DNA from: Octopus bimaculoides
Taxonomy: Eukaryota
DNA length: 63,961 bases
Direction of reading: 5' to 3'
NCBI RefSeq assembly: GCF_001194135.2
Contig: NC_068993.1
Coordinates: 45,327,786-45,391,746, forward strand
Shown: positions 41,700 to 55,604 of the stretch, in pieces
Layout: every line of letters begins with the position of its first letter
Position numbering within the stretch: position 1 is the first letter of the stretch
Notes under the pieces: model-generated
What the model saw: only the letters and a program-made list of their open reading frames with translations
Databases searched by the model: none
What the model was told of the DNA's origin: nothing
Made by a program: the position numbers and the translations under genes

Positions 41700-43620
41700 A
41701 AAAATGAGTGGGAAGCAAAGATTCTATACAAGTATTAGAAATGATCAGTCCTTTCTCACTGAAATGGACAATTCTAATACTAAAAAGTAAAAAAAAAACC
41801 GACTAAAATAGCTAGTGAAAAAGAATTGCTGGATATATGTCGGCTCAAAAACTGAAATAATGTGAACAATACGTTACGACTAAAAATAAACAAATTATTT
41901 AGAGAATATAATGTTAACAGTTGGGAAGGAATTCCTGAAGTGAAACATAACTAATGTAATTTGATCTTTATAAAGACATGTCGAGTGAGAACCGTTATAA
42001 TCCTCCGTTTCAAAAATAGAATAAAAAAAAACAAGGAAAAACAAACGAAAAACGTCTTCAGTGAACCCGAGAAAAAAATGTTAGACCAGACGTTACACCC
42101 ACAACAATAGCAACTGTATCACATCATAAGAGTATACAGAACATGCTATATAATACAATAAATATAGATCTTGGATAACAAATGGAGAGGAAACGGAACA
42201 TGTAATATATTATAAGTATGGCCCAGCATAACAAGTCAAGAATTTATCGAAAGTATGAAGACTGCTTATTAGTTGAAAAGCGACTGGTATTCATAGAGCC
42301 CCTAATTCTTGTTTAAAATACGCGACCGATATCATGGGTATGTATGATGTATTCAGTGAATTACTATAGAGAGCAGAACCAACACCTCATATGTTATTAG
42401 AGGAGGATAAACATTAGTTTCTAAAGCCAAAACCCTCACATGCTTTCCTAAATTACACAACGATAACTTGCTTGCCAACAATATATAAAACTCCAGCATC
42501 TATACTTTCTAACAGGCTGGCTTTTCATCTGGAAGATAATAATATCTTACCAGAGGAGCAGAAGGGGTGCTGAAATGATTGTGTATATGTAAAGAAAATG
42601 ATGTTGGTGAACCGTGCAAGTTATTGAAAACAATAGAAAAGGAATACAACAAGCCGAGCATAGAATAGATTTATTGCTGAAAAGCATTCATCGGCACACA
42701 ATATTCCTGGATATTTGAGATAATAAATATAAACATTGCGGCCTTAATACTAAGGCTGTACATAAACCACATCATGTCAATAAGAAAAACATCAATAAAA
42801 AAAGATAAACTAAAAATTATAAATGACCTTATCTGAAAAAAAAGAGGAATGTTTCAGAGAAAATATATTCATTTTGTTCTTTTATTTAGCTTTGAATCCA
42901 TGAAAAAATCTGTTGAAGCAAGCTTAATGGTTACAAATGCAATAGAAAAAAACACTCAAAGTCTTCCGTTCTTTATGTGGATGATTTAAAATTATATACA
43001 AGTACTTAAAAACAGCGATTAACTAGAGGTATGAGCATTAACATGGATTAGGGAGAAAAAATGTACCGAAATTTCTTTAAGAAGAAACCAATTAACTAAA
43101 ACCTAAAATGTTATGTTCATGAAGCTACATTAGACATAAAAAGTTTGGGAATAAGAACGAAGTTACACATGAAAGTACTAAAAGGTGTATGGAACTGGTT
43201 CGATAAACCATATAAAATTGAAAGAGAAAATTGGAGAAGTTTTGCAACAGAAAAATCGGAAAAAAATATCAATAGTCACATGGACGAAAACATTTAATAC
43301 TTGGGATATTAAAAATATTGAAGAAGAAGGATCAAATAATTGGTGAGAGAATAATAATGTTAATCGATGACTTATATTTTTAGACTTATATTAAGCACAC
43401 CGAAATCAATGCAATAAATATTATTATGGGTAAACATAGATTAGACAATCCCAGACATGAACTACCGTTTCAATGTAATAAGCTAGAAAGAAGTGAAGTG
43501 AACTGAAGAGCATAGATAAGAAACTAGAAATTTACTCATTGTATTTCAACCGCAGTATTTTAAAGCTGGGCGGATAGACCGATCCCGTACAAGGTGGCGG
43601 AAATGTTTTGCTATAAATAG
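41700..43620 (+). mobile_element. Heavily decayed R4/Dong-like non-LTR retrotransposon (RT region)
   Basis: ITCLPTIYKTPASILSNRLAFHLEDNNILPEEQKGC (42463-42570), LYVDDLKLY (from 42971), and YLG- and NAIN-like remnants near 43300-43415; many stops. Confidence 0.85.
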
Positions 43621-44324
43621 AGAAATACGAGCAAATAGAGATTCGATGATTGTAGTTATTCTCACGTCAGCAATAATGGAACAGATTTAGACGCCAGACT
43701 GTACTGACCATGAGCCGCCCCACTTTCCTTATGTCAGAAAATTATCCAATATGGAAAGTGCGTAGAACGTCGGTAAGTTCGGTAAGCTGCTGTGATGTAT
43801 GAGAAGTTTATTCTTTGATGAAGAAGAAAACCCCGAACTGTAGACATTCAATTCCTTGAGGTAAATATCGATATTTAACACATTATATATCGATATTTAA
43901 CACATTAATTCTGTTAGGCTGAATGATCATGTAGATGCTCCTTCATTGGTAGATTTGCGAGGTAGCTGGATTGTACCATAGTATTATATGAGCCTTTGTC
44001 ACAAATACAGCGCTTCACCAGTGACCCTGGGCAAACCAACGACATGCACGACTATTTCAGCGATACTATGATTCTTTTATTGCAAATATTCAATGACGAC
44101 ATGTTGAAAACGAATATAGGCTACATACTGTGAGATCTATTAATTTCACTGAATATTAAATCTTTTTCGTTGTTATTTCCACCAATGGAACTAAGCGTTT
44201 ATTAACATTCGCTGAAGCAGACGACCGATTAATAAACAAAAGCAGATATGATTGCATAGTGCAAACAAATAACGTTTTTGAGATAACTGACTTAATGAAA
44301 AATGTCTGATAGATCAACACATAT

Positions 44325-44760
44325 AACCCTTTGATACCGACCCGCCTGAGACCACCATTGGTTCTGTGATATCAACAATGTCTCTTAAAGTTTTAAAGCA
44401 ATGTAAATTAAAACTTTCCAACAAAATTTCGTGTTAGTTTATGCTTCAAACATTAACTTAATAATAGCTTAAAGTTTTGGCACAAGCCCAGCAATTTTAG
44501 TGGTGGGGGGCTTAGTCGATTATATCGATCTCAGTACTTGACTGGTACTTATTTCATCGACCTTTGTCTTTCATCCTCAAAAAGATGAAAGGTAAAATGG
44601 TTCACGGCGGCATTTGAACTCAAGAACTAGAGAGCGGAAGAAATGCCGCTACGCAATTTGTCCAGCTCGATAAAGTTTCTGCTAGCTCGCCATCTTACAC
44701 TAGTTTGACAATGATAATTTACTGAATTGTTCATTATTTTTTAAATGAATTGAAACAAAG
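44325..44760. mobile_element. Possible piggyBac-like MITE remnant interrupted by a family A SINE
   Basis: Begins (A/T)TAA-CCCTTTGATACC, resembling a TTAA-CCCTT terminus. No right TIR was found. Confidence 0.3.
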
Positions 44761-45053
44761 ACCATCCAGCCCACTTCCTTCATTGCAAATCTTCACGTAA
44801 AATCCTAGAGTAGAAATTTATGCCAGAGTCAAAATATAGGTTTTGAATTTTGGCTCAAGGCCAGTAGTTTCGAGGGAGGAGGAAAGTGGATTACATCAAC
44901 CCCAGCACTTAACTGGTTCTTGTTTTATTGAGTCCGGAAAGATGAAAAGCATAGTCGACCACGGCGAAATTTGAACTCAGTACGTAAAGTGGGACGAAAT
45001 GGCGCTACACATTTTGATTGGCATGCTAACAACTCTGCCTACTCGCCACCTTA
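44471..45053 (-). mobile_element. Two family A SINEs (44471-44697, 44840-45053)
   Basis: Reverse-complement family A core and head ending ...CTCGCCA(T/C)CTTA. Confidence 0.8.
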
Positions 45054-47127
45054 TGGCAAAAGAAAAATATTAGAATCATGAGCTGCATTATAGTGCTGTA
45101 ATTTTGAATTAATACACGTTAATTATAGCAAATGAAAGTTCCATAAGTGCATTAATATATTCTTCAGTGCAGTAAGTTGCACTGAAGTTCAATCAGATTG
45201 ACAATTGAAAAATTTTAATCCGTGATGATATTAGATGAGGTCCCAAAAACATTTCTGATGTTGATTTCAAGAGTCATCGCTTTTTTGGGAGCAAGTTTAT
45301 TTTTTTATTAACAGACCATATTAATTTGTTCTCGTTGATTATCAATTAATTAGTACATTATTATCTCAAAGATAAATCTGTGAATATAGAGATTTGTGAG
45401 TGGGCGCGTATATATATATAGGATATATATGCGGATATATATTCATATATATTTATATGAATATATATATATATGTATGTATATATATTTCTATCTAACT
45501 CTATCTATAGGAGTCTATATATTTACAGATTTATCTTTGAAATAATATATATTTATTTACAAATTTACCATGAAATAACATATATATATATATATATATA
45601 TATATAAACACACGCACACACATACACACACACATGTATATACAAATGCGTGTATATGTAAGTGTATGTATGCCACAAGCTTTGTATCTTGCTGCTGCAT
45701 ATATCTAGCTACGTATGTACCCTGTTTACAGTATCGATGTATCTCTACACAAGGGGTTTGTGTGAGTATGAGTGTGAATGTGTAATTGTTGCGCGTTAGA
45801 TTGCGTATGGTGTGCATATTTTGCATATGATGCATTATTGTTTGTTATGTGTGTGTATATGTGTCCGATTGTATAGATGCAGCTGTATGCATGTGTCGTG
45901 CTAGATTTACTATATGGTAGTGAATGCTGCGGATGCAGTCGCGCAATGTTTGATGTATTGTACGTGCTCTGCATTTCCGTGTGTCCTTGTGTGTGTATGC
46001 GTGATTTTGTATGTGTACCAAATAGGTGACGCATCTACATCAATCATGTAGTAGAGAGAGAGAGGGAGAGAGAGAAAACAGATGCAATAAACCTGAGAAG
46101 GCCTCGTATGTATATCTGCATACACACATACATACATACATACATACATACATAAATGCTTACATATACATATATATACACATACACACACATACATATA
46201 TATATATATATACATATATATATATTCATATAAATATATACGTACATACACATACGTATGTATATGCACTTACATGTCTAAGTACACATATATGTATACT
46301 TACGTACAGACACACATACATATATATATATATATGTATGAATATATGTATATGTATATATATATATATGTAAATATACATATGTTTATATATATATATA
46401 TNNNNNNNNNNNNNNNNNNNNNNNNNNNNNNNNNNNNNNNNNNNNNNNNNNNNNNNNNNNTATATATGTATGTATATATATATACATGTATATATATGTG
46501 TATGTGTATATAGATATATGTGTATTTATATATCTATATATATATGTATATATATGTATGTATGTATATATGAAAATATATACATACATAAACACACATA
46601 AATACGCGTGTGCACGTTCGTGCGTGTGAGTGAGCTATGATAGGAATATGTCAGACTTGAAATGGTCAATATATGAGATGCAGCTGTAAATGCTATTACT
46701 AATTACCATTTCAAATAAAACATCAACAACACCAGAAATAACAGCAAAAGCAAGATGTGTACGTAGAACGCAAGTATAGGAAGGTCAATGTGAAACACTG
46801 GCACACAACTGCACAGAGACACACGCATATAGATACATTCACAGAGGCACATAGGCACAAACATACATACATATAGTAACATAAGTGAGCTGATGTTCAC
46901 TACAGCTGTTTCAGACTTGTTTTACTCCTTAAAAAAAGAGACTGTCACAGCTGGAACACCATTTGCAACTATTTTTGTAAATAAGAACATTTTAAGTTTA
47001 TGTTTGAATAATGGGTAAATTATTATGTTTATATAATGAGTAGATGTATATGCCGCACCCGGTAACCGTTTATTGATAAATACATGATCAATCCCAGCAA
47101 GCAAGCATTCAGTGCAGTTATAAATAT

Positions 47128-47504
47128 GTTGTGTGCTGGCATTCCGTCGCATACGACGTCGAGGGTTCCAGTCGATCCGATCAACGGAACAGCCTGCTCG
47201 TGAAATTAACGTGAAAGTGGCTGAGCACTCCACAGACACGTGTACCCTTAACGTAGTTCTCGGGGATATTCAGTGTGACAAGGCTGACCCTTTGAATTAT
47301 AGGCACAACAGAAACAGGAAGTAAGAGTGAGAGAAAGTTCTGGTGGAAGTGTACAATAGGGTTCGCCACCATCCCCTGCTGGAGCCTCATGGAGCTTTAG
47401 GTGTTTTCGCTCAATAAACACTCACAACGCTCGGTCTGGGAATCGAAACCGCGATCCTATGACCGCGAGTCCACTGCCCTAACCACTGGGTCATTGCGCC
47501 TCCA
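47128..47504 (-). mobile_element. Family C tRNA-derived SINE with a 13-bp target-site duplication
   Basis: Reverse complement of 18959-19338; flanked by CAGTTATAAATAT at 47115-47127 and 47505-47517. Confidence 0.92.
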
Positions 47505-47518
47505 CAGTTATAAATATA

Positions 47519-47746
47519 GGACCGAAGTAAAGCAGACTGTGACGTGTATCGGGTTACTAAGACAGAAGACAGACTGACAAGTGAAGTTGTCTCTTACAAT
47601 GGCTCTGGTTATGATCTTCAAATTCCGTCTCTCCATATATTTCGGCAGCAACTCCTTCGCAAGCGTTTGGCGAGACAACTTCACCAGTCAGCCTGTCCTC
47701 TGTCTTAATACCCAGATACACGACACAGTATGCTTTACTTCAGTCC
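47519..47746. mobile_element. MITE-like fold-back element with ~75-bp imperfect TIRs
   Basis: Arm 47519-47593 (GGACCGAAGTAAAGC...GTGAAGTTGTCTC) is the imperfect reverse complement of 47672-47746. Confidence 0.75.
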
Positions 47747-48139
47747 ATAGAAAAGACATTGTGCCACACATCAATCGAGGCTTCTTCGTAATAGTTCTAC
47801 TCTGAGCATTTGAATGTTGCCTTCGTCTTTGAAAATATAGATGTATGTTACTTCTCTTCTTTCCCGATCTTGGGCGTATTGCTCAGACCAGAAGGTCCAT
47901 CATAACGTATTGTTCACATTATTTCAGTTTTTGAGCCGACATATATCCAGCAATTCTTTTTCACTAGCTACGATAGTAAATTTACTATTAAAATTTCGTT
48001 TATAGCCAAATGTGTGTATCAAGGTGCGACTGTTTAGTTTTGCCAATGTCTGTGCAATCGCTATTTTATTCGGGTTTTATCTCTTTTTAATCTATAAAAA
48101 AATTTCAGGTACGGGTTTGGCTGGGGCGTAATAGTTAAT

Positions 48140-48151
48140 ATTATTATCACA

Positions 48152-48225
<74 letters not shown>

Positions 48226-48284
48226 CAACACAATTATTGTTATTATCATTATTTTTATCATCATCGCTGTTGTTATAATTGTTG

Positions 48285-48345
<61 letters not shown>

Positions 48346-48356
48346 CATCATCATCA

Positions 48357-48412
<56 letters not shown>

Positions 48413-48497
48413 GTTATTATTATTATTATTATTATTATCAACACAATTATTGTTATTATCATTATTTTTATCATCATCATCGCTGTTGTTATAATTG

Positions 48498-48578
<81 letters not shown>

Positions 48579-48588
48579 TCATTATTAT
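48140..48588. repeat. Compound (ATT)n/(ATC)n microsatellite with a duplicated interruption
   Basis: ATCAACACAATTATTGTTATTATCATTATTTTTATCATCATC...GCTGTTGTTATAATTGTTG occurs at about 48223 and 48437. Confidence 0.9.
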
Positions 48589-49106
48589 CTAAACTAATAT
48601 AAATTACATGTATCGTCTACCAAACATTAAAATATCATTATATTTTTTTTTAATATTCTGATGTGAAATTAATACAGTGATAATATTTAACTCAAACATC
48701 CTCTTTGCCAAAGAAAAATATGAATTGTTTTCATGACATAATGTAATTTCATTAATCAATAATAAAACATTTGTAATATTCTAACCGAACCGATAAAAAA
48801 ATTCTGTCAGTCTGTCTGTCTGTCCGTTTGTCTCTTTCTCTCATAATCAGACATACAAACATTCATACAAACATACACACATAATACATACATACATATA
48901 TACATACTTAAATACACATACATACTATATACATATAAAGATATATATACATATAAAGATATATATACATATATAAGTACACACAGATGTGCATGTATAT
49001 ATGTATATGTATATGTATATATACATGTATATATAAAGATATACACACACACACATATATACATATACATATATATATGTATATACATATACATATATAT
49101 ATATAT

Positions 49107-49157
<51 letters not shown>

Positions 49158-49860
49158 CATATACATATTGATACATATACATACATACACACACACACAC
49201 ATATATATTGTAATATTAGAATTAATTACTTCAAACTTTATTATCTGAAAATATAATTTTTAATATTAATTTTTATGTTTTAATTTACCTTTTTGTTTCC
49301 ATATAATATTTTATAATATTTCTTTTTCTTTCACTTTAGCTGGTTAGTAAGTTAATATCTAGTCAGTCATTAACTTAAAACACACACCGTAATTTAATTT
49401 CCTCGCTATTGATTGAAAGTATCATAATGGGTAATACTATGATTTTTATCTTGTCTCTTGTGTGTGCGTGTGTCCTTTGGGAATGCGTGTATATCCGTGT
49501 TTATCACTGCGTGTATATACAACGTGTGTGTGTGTGTGGTAAGTGAGTCTGTGTGTTGATTGTCTTGGCTTGTTTAGGTGCATGGCATGTGGAGTAGACG
49601 TCTGGTGTAGAAAAGGTAATAAGCAGGAGGTATTTTTTTTTCTACGAAAGAAAAAAAACAGAAAATTGAACATAAAGGAGAATGTAATATAAAGTAACCT
49701 CATTGATCTTCAATGGCAATCGTGAATATTTAGCTGCAATTTTGTTTACAAGGTGATTAATGATATGACAATCGGCCATCCATGGGCAACGTGTCTCAAT
49801 TTCTATGCATTGTGAAGCGCTGAAGTGCTGATTTGAGATAGAAATATATAAAAGCTAACG

Positions 49861-49945
<85 letters not shown>

Positions 49946-50074
49946 ATGCCTATCTACCTATCTACCTAAGAGAGAATTAGAGAGAAATATGTACCGAGAG
50001 AGAGTGAGAAAAAGAGGGAAGGAGAAACAGAGAGAGATATAGAGAGGAAGGAACAATGAGAGAAATAAAGAGAA

Positions 50075-50123
<49 letters not shown>

Positions 50124-51122
50124 TAGAGAGAGAGAGAGAAAGAAAGAGAGAAAAGTGAGGAGGAACATGATAGAGAAAATACTGCGCCTGTGGGTTAAGG
50201 TCGGAGTGTGTATAGGTGCGACTTTATGCCTTTTCTGGATGCGGACCTGGATGTGTGCGTTTGCAGTAGCAACACCGGTCATGATGCTAGCGAAAAACTC
50301 CCTTATAGGCCTCACCGGAAGTTTGTTGAGAGTCATTAATTTTTGCGAAAGATGAGGGGGCTGAAGAATCATCCGGTCGTGAAGAGAAAGGCGAGTCGTT
50401 TTGTGATGCAGTGTTAGCTAAGTTAAGGAAGTGCTTTCACCAGAAGCGGTCGTCGATAATTGGGAAGTCCAGCATTGCGGTTCTACCTGACGATCGGAAA
50501 ACATGCACCATAAAGGCAAAATGATTCAGCGCAGTCTGAGATCACGATTTTCATTATGGTGCATACAAAATGTCTGTCATACTTCATGACTCCTCATTCT
50601 GGGTAACGAAAGAAAAATATAAAAGAACAACTTATTGATATGAACCTGGGATGCTATGCCTGAATAGGGCGATGTGAACTAGTAAGACTATTTATATGTG
50701 TGTGTGTGCGTGTGTGTGTATGTGTGTGTGTGTGTATGTGTGTGTGTGTGTGTGTGTGTGTATGTCTGTGTGTGTGTGTATGTATGTGTGTGTGTGTGTA
50801 TCTATCTATCTGTCTGTCAGTATGTATGGCAGGTCCCTGATTCTAAGTAAAACGTTAACATGGTATGCAAATTAGTAGCCCGGTTTTCTGTAGCTATTGT
50901 AATTGTTGAGTATATAAACCAATTGGCTGATTTTTCCCCCCCTGCGTTTGGTCAAATTAGTTTAAACTCCTCTGATGAGAATCCAATAAGATCTCAGCTA
51001 CATACTTTAGGATTCAGTCTCGCTGTGTGTCACTTTGAGGAAGTGTCTTCTACTAGAACCCCGGGCCGACTAAAGCTTTTCGTGCGAATTTAGAAGACGG
51101 AAACTGAAAGAAAACCGTTATA

Positions 51123-51776
51123 CAGAGTGCAGTGAATATATTGTCGAAATTACACGAAAATGAAAATAACACTGACATCTTATTTCAACAGATATATTTA
51201 CCAAAATTACATAAAAATATCTTGTAATACTAAAGAGTAAATTTATTCAATAAAATCGTCATTGGCTTCAACCACAGCCTCCAGACAACTTCGGAATCTC
51301 CTGCACCTCTTCTGAACTGTCTCTTTGTTTAAGTTTGTCAATGCTGTCATAATCCTTGCCTTCAGTTCATCTTTTTGTTGGTATCTTACTCAACTGCATC
51401 CCACACATAATAATCAAGGGGGTTGCAGTCTGGAGAGTTAGGTGGTGGTGTGGTCGCAGAAATTGTCTGACAGCCATGACTGAGTTCTCCTCCTTGTATG
51501 ACATGGTACAGAGTCCTGTTGCCAGACATAGGGTCTTCCAGCAGCCACCTCTTGAGCAAGCCAACAGGTCTGTGTGTTCACTAACTGTTCGTATTGGAGC
51601 TTTTGGCGCGAATGCCAAGCAGGACAGCGTGTCGTTTTCCCAATTTCTGGCAGAGTGAATTTTCTCACAGATGGTGTCCAATTCACTCTACTATATTGTC
51701 TAGTCGACAAAATCAAAAACACACAATGCGCGAAATTAAACATATAAAATGGCGATAATTTACTCATCGTACCCTG
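51123..51776 (-). mobile_element. Internally deleted Tc1/mariner-superfamily element (DD37D/maT-like) with TIRs and TA TSD
   Basis: GRPYVWQQDSVPCHT...WLSDNF and NSPDCNPLDYYVW. Imperfect ~30-bp TIRs (CAGAGTGCAGTGAATATATTGTCG vs reverse complement CAGGGTACGATGAGTAAATTATCG) are flanked by TA. Confidence 0.88.
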
Positions 51777-51814
51777 TATATATACATACATAAATATAAA
51801 TATATACGAAACGA

Positions 51815-52075
51815 TGAAAGCAAATTCGAACTCGGCGGAATTTGAACGCAGTGCGTAAAGAGATAAAAGAAATTCCATTAAGCATTTCGTCCACCCCACA
51901 AATGACTATGCCAGCTCTCTGCTCTAATAGCAGTTTAAAGTTTTGTCACAAAGCCAGCAATTTTCAGGAAGCGGTTAAATCGATTACATCGACCCCACTG
52001 TTCAGCTGGTACTTATTTTATCCACCCGAAAGGAGGAAATTCGACCTCGGCAGCATTTGAACTCAGAATGTTACG
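51815..52075 (-). mobile_element. Two partial family A SINEs
   Basis: Core fragments ATTTGAAC(G/T)CAG and GATTACATCGACCCC...CTGGTACTTATTTTATC. Confidence 0.65.
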
Positions 52076-53012
52076 AACTGAAATAGAAAATAATAATAAT
52101 GATATCTGTGGTTGAAATTCTTGGTTTCAATTCTGATTTTCAAAATTCTTTACCATCATACATTATTTTTGCGTTCTGGTATTTCTTGAATATATCTCAG
52201 TTTTACGTTTATAGTTATTAATAAAAGATCAGGATAGCTGATGCACGTTGAGAAACGCCAGTTTTAGCTTCATTTATATTCGTTTGATGTCGTTTTGTGA
52301 TGAAAATAAAATCAATAGGTTTATTATATCTCCCTCCAGGTAAACACTATATTACTGTTCTTGAAGTTTTGTGCTTCCATATTGAGTTTTGCTGTAATTA
52401 GCTTGTTTCTTTTTCTTGTGATAATTTTCGACAATTCTATTCGTGAAAAGCTTTATTTTTTTCCCTCTAAACCTTATTTACTAACGTTTTCTTTCATAAC
52501 ATCACGAACAGCTAATCCCATCTTTTCTGTTATGTTCCCTTATCAATTTCTACCAGATCTTCATAGAAAATCTCTACTTGTTCGTTATTGTAATCGCTAG
52601 ATGGAGCGTAAATTTGGATGATTACGGTTTTCTGTGGCTTATTTACCAGGCTTATTGTTCATATTCTCCTGGAAATGAGTGCGCAATATATTACACTGAT
52701 TTTTACGTATTATTATGCACAATGAATCCTATACAGATTACCCGTGTGCTCTACGTAGTTCATGTCCATTATCAGTTATAAATTCTTTATATTTTGTCAT
52801 GGTTTTCCATCAATGTCTATAACATTCCGAGAATATTTCTCAATATAACCCGTAAGATGCTGCATTTCTCCAGATTCATAACAGGTTCTAGCTATAAAAA
52901 AATTGTTTTGGATTATCGTTCTATTCTAAAGTTTATGTATTGGCTCCGTCTTGAATCAAGACTGAAAAGTACACGGTCGTATTTATATAGGAGTCGACCA
53001 ATCATCACCCAC

Positions 53013-53083
<71 letters not shown>

Positions 53084-53991
53084 ATAGTTTTCTACACAAT
53101 TTTCGTCTAGCAAATTTATTTACAAGGCATTTGCCCACGTACGTATGGCGGTAGATATATGCCAACCTTCAGCAGAGTGGGATAGGATCCGAAACCACGG
53201 GATTAAGATGCAAAATTCTTAAGCATATGAAAAAAAACAAGATAAGGACAAATATCCGTCAAATATAAATAATGTAAATAATGTAAAAATGTAAAAAGGA
53301 AAGAATAAATATAGTCAAAGGAGCCAGTTGGATGTGATAGCATCGTAATCAAACATTTAATTACGGAGACAGTGATTATATATCACCCGAGAAGATACAA
53401 CTAGGTCCTATTATACAGGCAAACCGTTACTTAATTTAAATTTAAATCCTGTATATATGTGGATGTATGTTGTGCAAAACATGTATAGTGGTTATTAAAC
53501 AGCTGTCGAATCGTAATCCCTCTTCTTTTTGACTCTATTTATTCTTTCCTTTTTATATGTGTGTATGTATGTATGCATATATATATATATATANNNNNNN
53601 NNNNNNNNNNNNNNNNNNNNNNNNNNNNNNNNNNNNNNNNNNNNNNNNNNNNNNNNNNNNNNNNNNNNNNNNNNNNNNNNNNNNNNNNNNNNNNNNNNNN
53701 NNNNNNNNNNNNNNNNNNNNNNNNNNNNNNNNNNNNNNNNNNNNNNNNNNNNNNNNNNNNNNNNNNNNNNNNNNNNNNNNNNNNNNNNNNNNNNNNNNNN
53801 NNNNNNNNNNNNNNNNNNNNNNNNNNNNNNNNNNNNNNNNNNNNNNNNNNNNNNNNNNNNNNNNNNNNNNNNNNNNNNNNNNNNNNNNNNNNNNNNNNNN
53901 NNNNNNNNNNNNNNNNNNNNNNNNNNNNNNNNNNNNNNNNNNNNNNNNNNNNNNNNNNNNNNNNNNNNNNNNNNNNNNNNNNNNNNNNNNN

Positions 53992-54045
<54 letters not shown>

Positions 54046-55556
54046 GCGCGCGCGTATATATGTAGCATGTATGTATGCACGTATGTATGCATGTATGTAT
54101 GGACATGTCATATATTAATAAAAAATGCTTAGCTTTATCAATTCTACAATTAACAGAAACACACACCCTGTCACCCTTTAATATGCAGATTTATATGCGT
54201 TGCTATACAAAACACGAAAGTAATTGTCGTTAGCATAAAGTTATAGATTAAAAACAAACTCCGCCAAAAAACACCTCCGTAAAACACACACACAAAAAAA
54301 ACAAAGGCGCTATATGAAGGCAAGTAGATATAGGTCTTCTTTATTAAAAAAAATTAATATAACAACTGTAGGAATAGTTCATATTTCATCATCACTAGAA
54401 ATAGTAATTGCTTCCATCATTGAACGAGGTGGTGTTGATGGTGGTCGGAGAAAGGCTTTCGATTATATTTAATGAAAACAGCATATTGTCATCCAACGAT
54501 TGATGTGACTCTGTTTCCGAATATGCTGTTTATAATTACACACACACATGTACAAAATATATAGAAATGTATGATGTATATNNNNNNNNNNNNNNNNNNN
54601 NNNNNNNNNNNNNNNNNNNNNNNNNNNNNNNNNNNNNNNNNNNNNNNNNNNNNNNNNNNNNNNNNNNNNNNNNNNNNNNNNNNNNNNNNNNNNNNNNNNN
54701 NNNNNNNNNNNNNNNNNNNNNNNNNNNNNNNNNNNNNNNNNNNNNNNNNNNNNNNNNNNNNNNNNNNNNNNNNNNNNNNNNNNNNNNNNNNNNNNNNNNN
54801 NNNNNNNNNNNNNNNNNNNNNNNNNNNNNNNNNNNNNNNNNNNNNNNNNNNNNNNNNNNNNNNNNNNNNNNNNNNNNNNNNNNNNNNNNNNNNNNNNNNN
54901 NNNNNNNNNNNNNNNNNNNNNNNNNNNNNNNNNNNNNNNNNNNNNNNNNNNNNNNNNNNNNNNNNNNNNNNNNNNNNNNNNNNNNNNNNNNNNNNNNNNN
55001 NNNNNNNNNNNNNNNNNNNNNNNNNNNNNNNNNNNNNNNNNNNNNNNNNNNNNNNNNNNNNNNNNNNNNNNNNTATATATATATATATATATATATATTT
55101 ACGCACACACACATATATACATACATGTGTGTGTGAAAGTGTGTGTATATATGCACTTGTGTATGCGTGTGTGTGTGTGGAGAGAGAGAGAAAGAGAGAG
55201 AGATAGAGAGAGAGAGATAGAGAGAGAGAGATAGAGAGAGAGACAGAGAGAGATAGAAGTAACAAATAAACATTATAAGATTACGTGTCCACATATACGC
55301 ATACACATACAAGCAGACTAACATTGAGACTCGCAAACATTTGCTCAGATTCAGCTCTGTATTGTTGCCGTTGTTCGTTCGTATTTTCCCTTCAGAATCT
55401 ATGAACCGAAATGAAATTAGATATGAACTGTCAGTCAGTTATCATGGTATATATGTTTTATGTATTACATCAAAGAGCTAGTTTTGTATATCTGTATACA
55501 CACATACACACACACACACAGACACAGACACACACGTATACATATACACAGTTATG

Positions 55557-55604
<48 letters not shown>

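Noticed and set aside
46885-46960. ACAGCTGTTTC motif similar to stem III of the 40.4-kb hammerhead
   Set aside because: No intact CUGANGA and no stem II on the minus strand.
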